A program made the translations under genes and the position numbers. Positions 61,568 to 64,000 of a DNA stretch of 64,000 bases are shown piece after piece. Within the stretch, counting starts at the first letter, position 1; each line of letters begins with the position of its first letter. The notes under the pieces are model-generated. The model was given only the letters and a program-made list of their open reading frames with translations. It searched no databases and was not told where the DNA came from. The DNA is from Negaprion brevirostris (Eukaryota). Location: NCBI GenBank assembly GCA_030324005.1, contig JARDVH010000059.1, forward strand, positions 73,237,837 to 73,301,836, in the 5' to 3' direction.

Positions 61568-64000
61568 GTAAGCAGAGCTTGAAACGTATGGCGTGATAAA
61601 TAACGGACTGATATGATTTGGCTCAATGTGGCACTGCTGTACTTGATAGAAGGTGCAAACAGCCTCAGAGAATTTCATTGAGTGGAATCTTATCAGTCAT
61701 GATAAGTGACCCTATCACTTCTCCNNNNNNNNNNNNNNNNNNNNNNNNNNNNNNNNNNNNNNNNNNNNNNNNNNNNNNNNNNNNNNNNNNNNNNNNNGTT
61801 GAGGATGCCTACCCCCGGGAAGATCGCGCAGGTGGGCAAACCTGAAAAACCTCATCAAAGTCAGGCCCCAGGAATGGACCTGCCCTGCACTGAAAAACCA
61901 AGATTGTAAGATTCTGCCAGTTGTGTCAGATGAAGGAACAAAAAAGCCGTCTTCATTCTCAAAGAATGTTCTCCAAAGTAGCAAAGCTATTATTGTGCTG
62001 CCTTTCATTTGGTTGTCAATAGGTCTCAAATGCATGTTTTACATGCTGTAAAAACCATTGCTTTTTTTTGAAGGATAATTCATTTCGTAAAGTCATTGCC
62101 AAATAGGAATAAGAAGTCAAATCTAGCTTTATTATTTATCTGAAGGATGCATACTCTTGAAAAATAAAAACTCCCACAATGTTAATTCTCCTTATAAAAG
62201 TGATGATTGTTGGAAGTGATACAGTTTACCAATTCTCACAGATGTCACATCTGCAGCTTCAAACAAGGAGACAATAAACAACTTGCATTTTCTCAAAGGA
62301 TGGAGCAGGTCTTACAGTTCTTCGGCAGTTTCCAAAAGAAGAAACACAACATTTTTTTAAATGCTGCCGTTAATTCATTACTGAAACTTCCATGGGGAAA
62401 AAAAGAATGCTCCAACCATTTGCAGCGCTCCAACACATTGCCATTACTGTCGCCCTCAATGCTGCAATTTCCAAGTCCACTTCATCCTCCTCCTCCTTTC
62501 TTGAAAGCAATATAAAAACATGTTATTAAAAATAAATACTTCAATGGCACTAATTTGAATGCTCGTAAACTTTTGCCTATGAAGATGCTGTTACTAAGAA
62601 AGGGCTTGGGATTTGTCTGATAGATCTTATTTGTCTGATAGAGTTGACCAGGGAAATGGAGCTACAGCTGGTTACNNNNNNNNNNNNNNNNNNNNNNNNN
62701 NNNNNNNNNNNNNNNNNNNNNNNNNNNNNNNNNNNNNNNNNNNNNNNNNNNNNNNNNNNNNNNNNNNNNNNNNNNNNNNNNNNNNNNNNNNNNNNNNNNN
62801 NNNNNNTTTCAGAAGTTATAGACAGGAAGCTGCGTGGTGACTGGTAAAACTGTTTTCTGTCTAACCACAGGTCACGTTGGAAGGCGTGTGTGAAATTTTT
62901 ACCCTTCGGCTTCAACATAGATGAAACAATTAAGAGACAGATGTTTAAAATCATCCTTTAATAAACAAGGGAAAAGAAGAAAAATATCAGAATGGAAAGG
63001 ATTTTATCTTGATTATTTTTAATGCAATGATAATTGTTTCCATCAGGCTTGCTGTCCTGTTGCAGGAACAATGATATAAGCAATATTCACTGACAGAATA
63101 TTAAGATACCATTTCCATTTTTTTTAAACCTGCACACAGTTTTCGGTCAGCTGCTGTTTCCTGTGCTGCTTGAATTGGTTGAGAACATATATCCATCTAT
63201 TCAAAAGTCTGTCTGCTACGATTTGGCATTCGACATTGAACGTTGTAAAGCAATCCATACATAAACTATGTATCCTGCAAACAGATACTTGATGGTCCTT
63301 TCCATTATCAGTGAAATAAGAGTATAATTCATCATCACAATTATCTTATGTGAACTACCTCACTAACTTCAATATCAAAATGTAAAAAAAATCTGAGGAC
63401 AAAATTCTACAATCATTCAGATTGGATGCCTGTGAGGTTTTCACGCTATTAAATTGCAAATGTATATTTCAACTGAGGCACAGCATGTTTGGCTAGATTC
63501 TGCAAGCTTCTCATGAAAATGGCTGATTAGTGGTTGCTGCCTTAATGTTCTGACCTTGAGTGAAATTGAGGCATTTGGTGATGAATGTGGTCAGTTATCT
63601 TGGCTGGAATAAGCAGCTGCTGTATTGTGTTGTGAAAAAAAACTATAAAGCACCGATGGCTGGGCTGACTGTAAAATAGTGAGATTTAATTCCATTCAAC
63701 CTGTTGAAAAATCAGTTGTGTGCTGATACAAGAAGGCTGATACTGTTGAATCTCCTCCCCACAGGTCTGGTTATGTTGGATTGAAAGATACTTCGCATCA
63801 ATTAATATGAAAGTGCAGGAGGTGGGCAATGTGCCCTATAGTTCTTTATTACGATATTTATCGGCTGATTTTTTTTTTGATCTCTATGTGGCCTTCCTTA
63901 AAATACAGGAAATCATTTAAAACTGTGTTTCCCAATTAGCAACTAAATAATTATTTTATGAAGCCTTGTGGAGTGAATGAATCAAAATGAAATATAGCAG

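Overview
This is repeat-rich, AT-rich vertebrate genomic DNA, almost certainly from a shark: it holds about 14 HE1-type V-SINE copies, many CR1/HER1 LINE fragments and a SacSINE1/DeuSINE-like copy. No intact protein-coding gene, RNA gene or prokaryotic-type system is supported. The supplied ORFs are essentially repeat-derived, read through N runs, or random. The clearest non-TE feature, not shown as such by the ORF track, is a full-length frameshifted histone H4 pseudogene on the minus strand (6437-6743) that seems to keep promoter remnants, suggesting a DNA-level orphon. The rest is a layered transposon mosaic (CR1, an L2/Crack-like LINE, RTE, Rex-Babar-like tails, two solo LTRs, many GG-terminated TIR elements) between repeat-poor blocks that look like conserved non-coding DNA. 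Those blocks hold several + strand splice-signal candidates: a well-formed 6-nt microexon (61562-61567) and possible alternative first exons. This would fit the window lying in the long 5' introns of a large multi-promoter gene, but I cannot name the gene and this is inference. Repeat family names come from my recall of consensus sequences, not a database search, and most repeat boundaries are approximate. I did not find convincing evidence of a new biological system.
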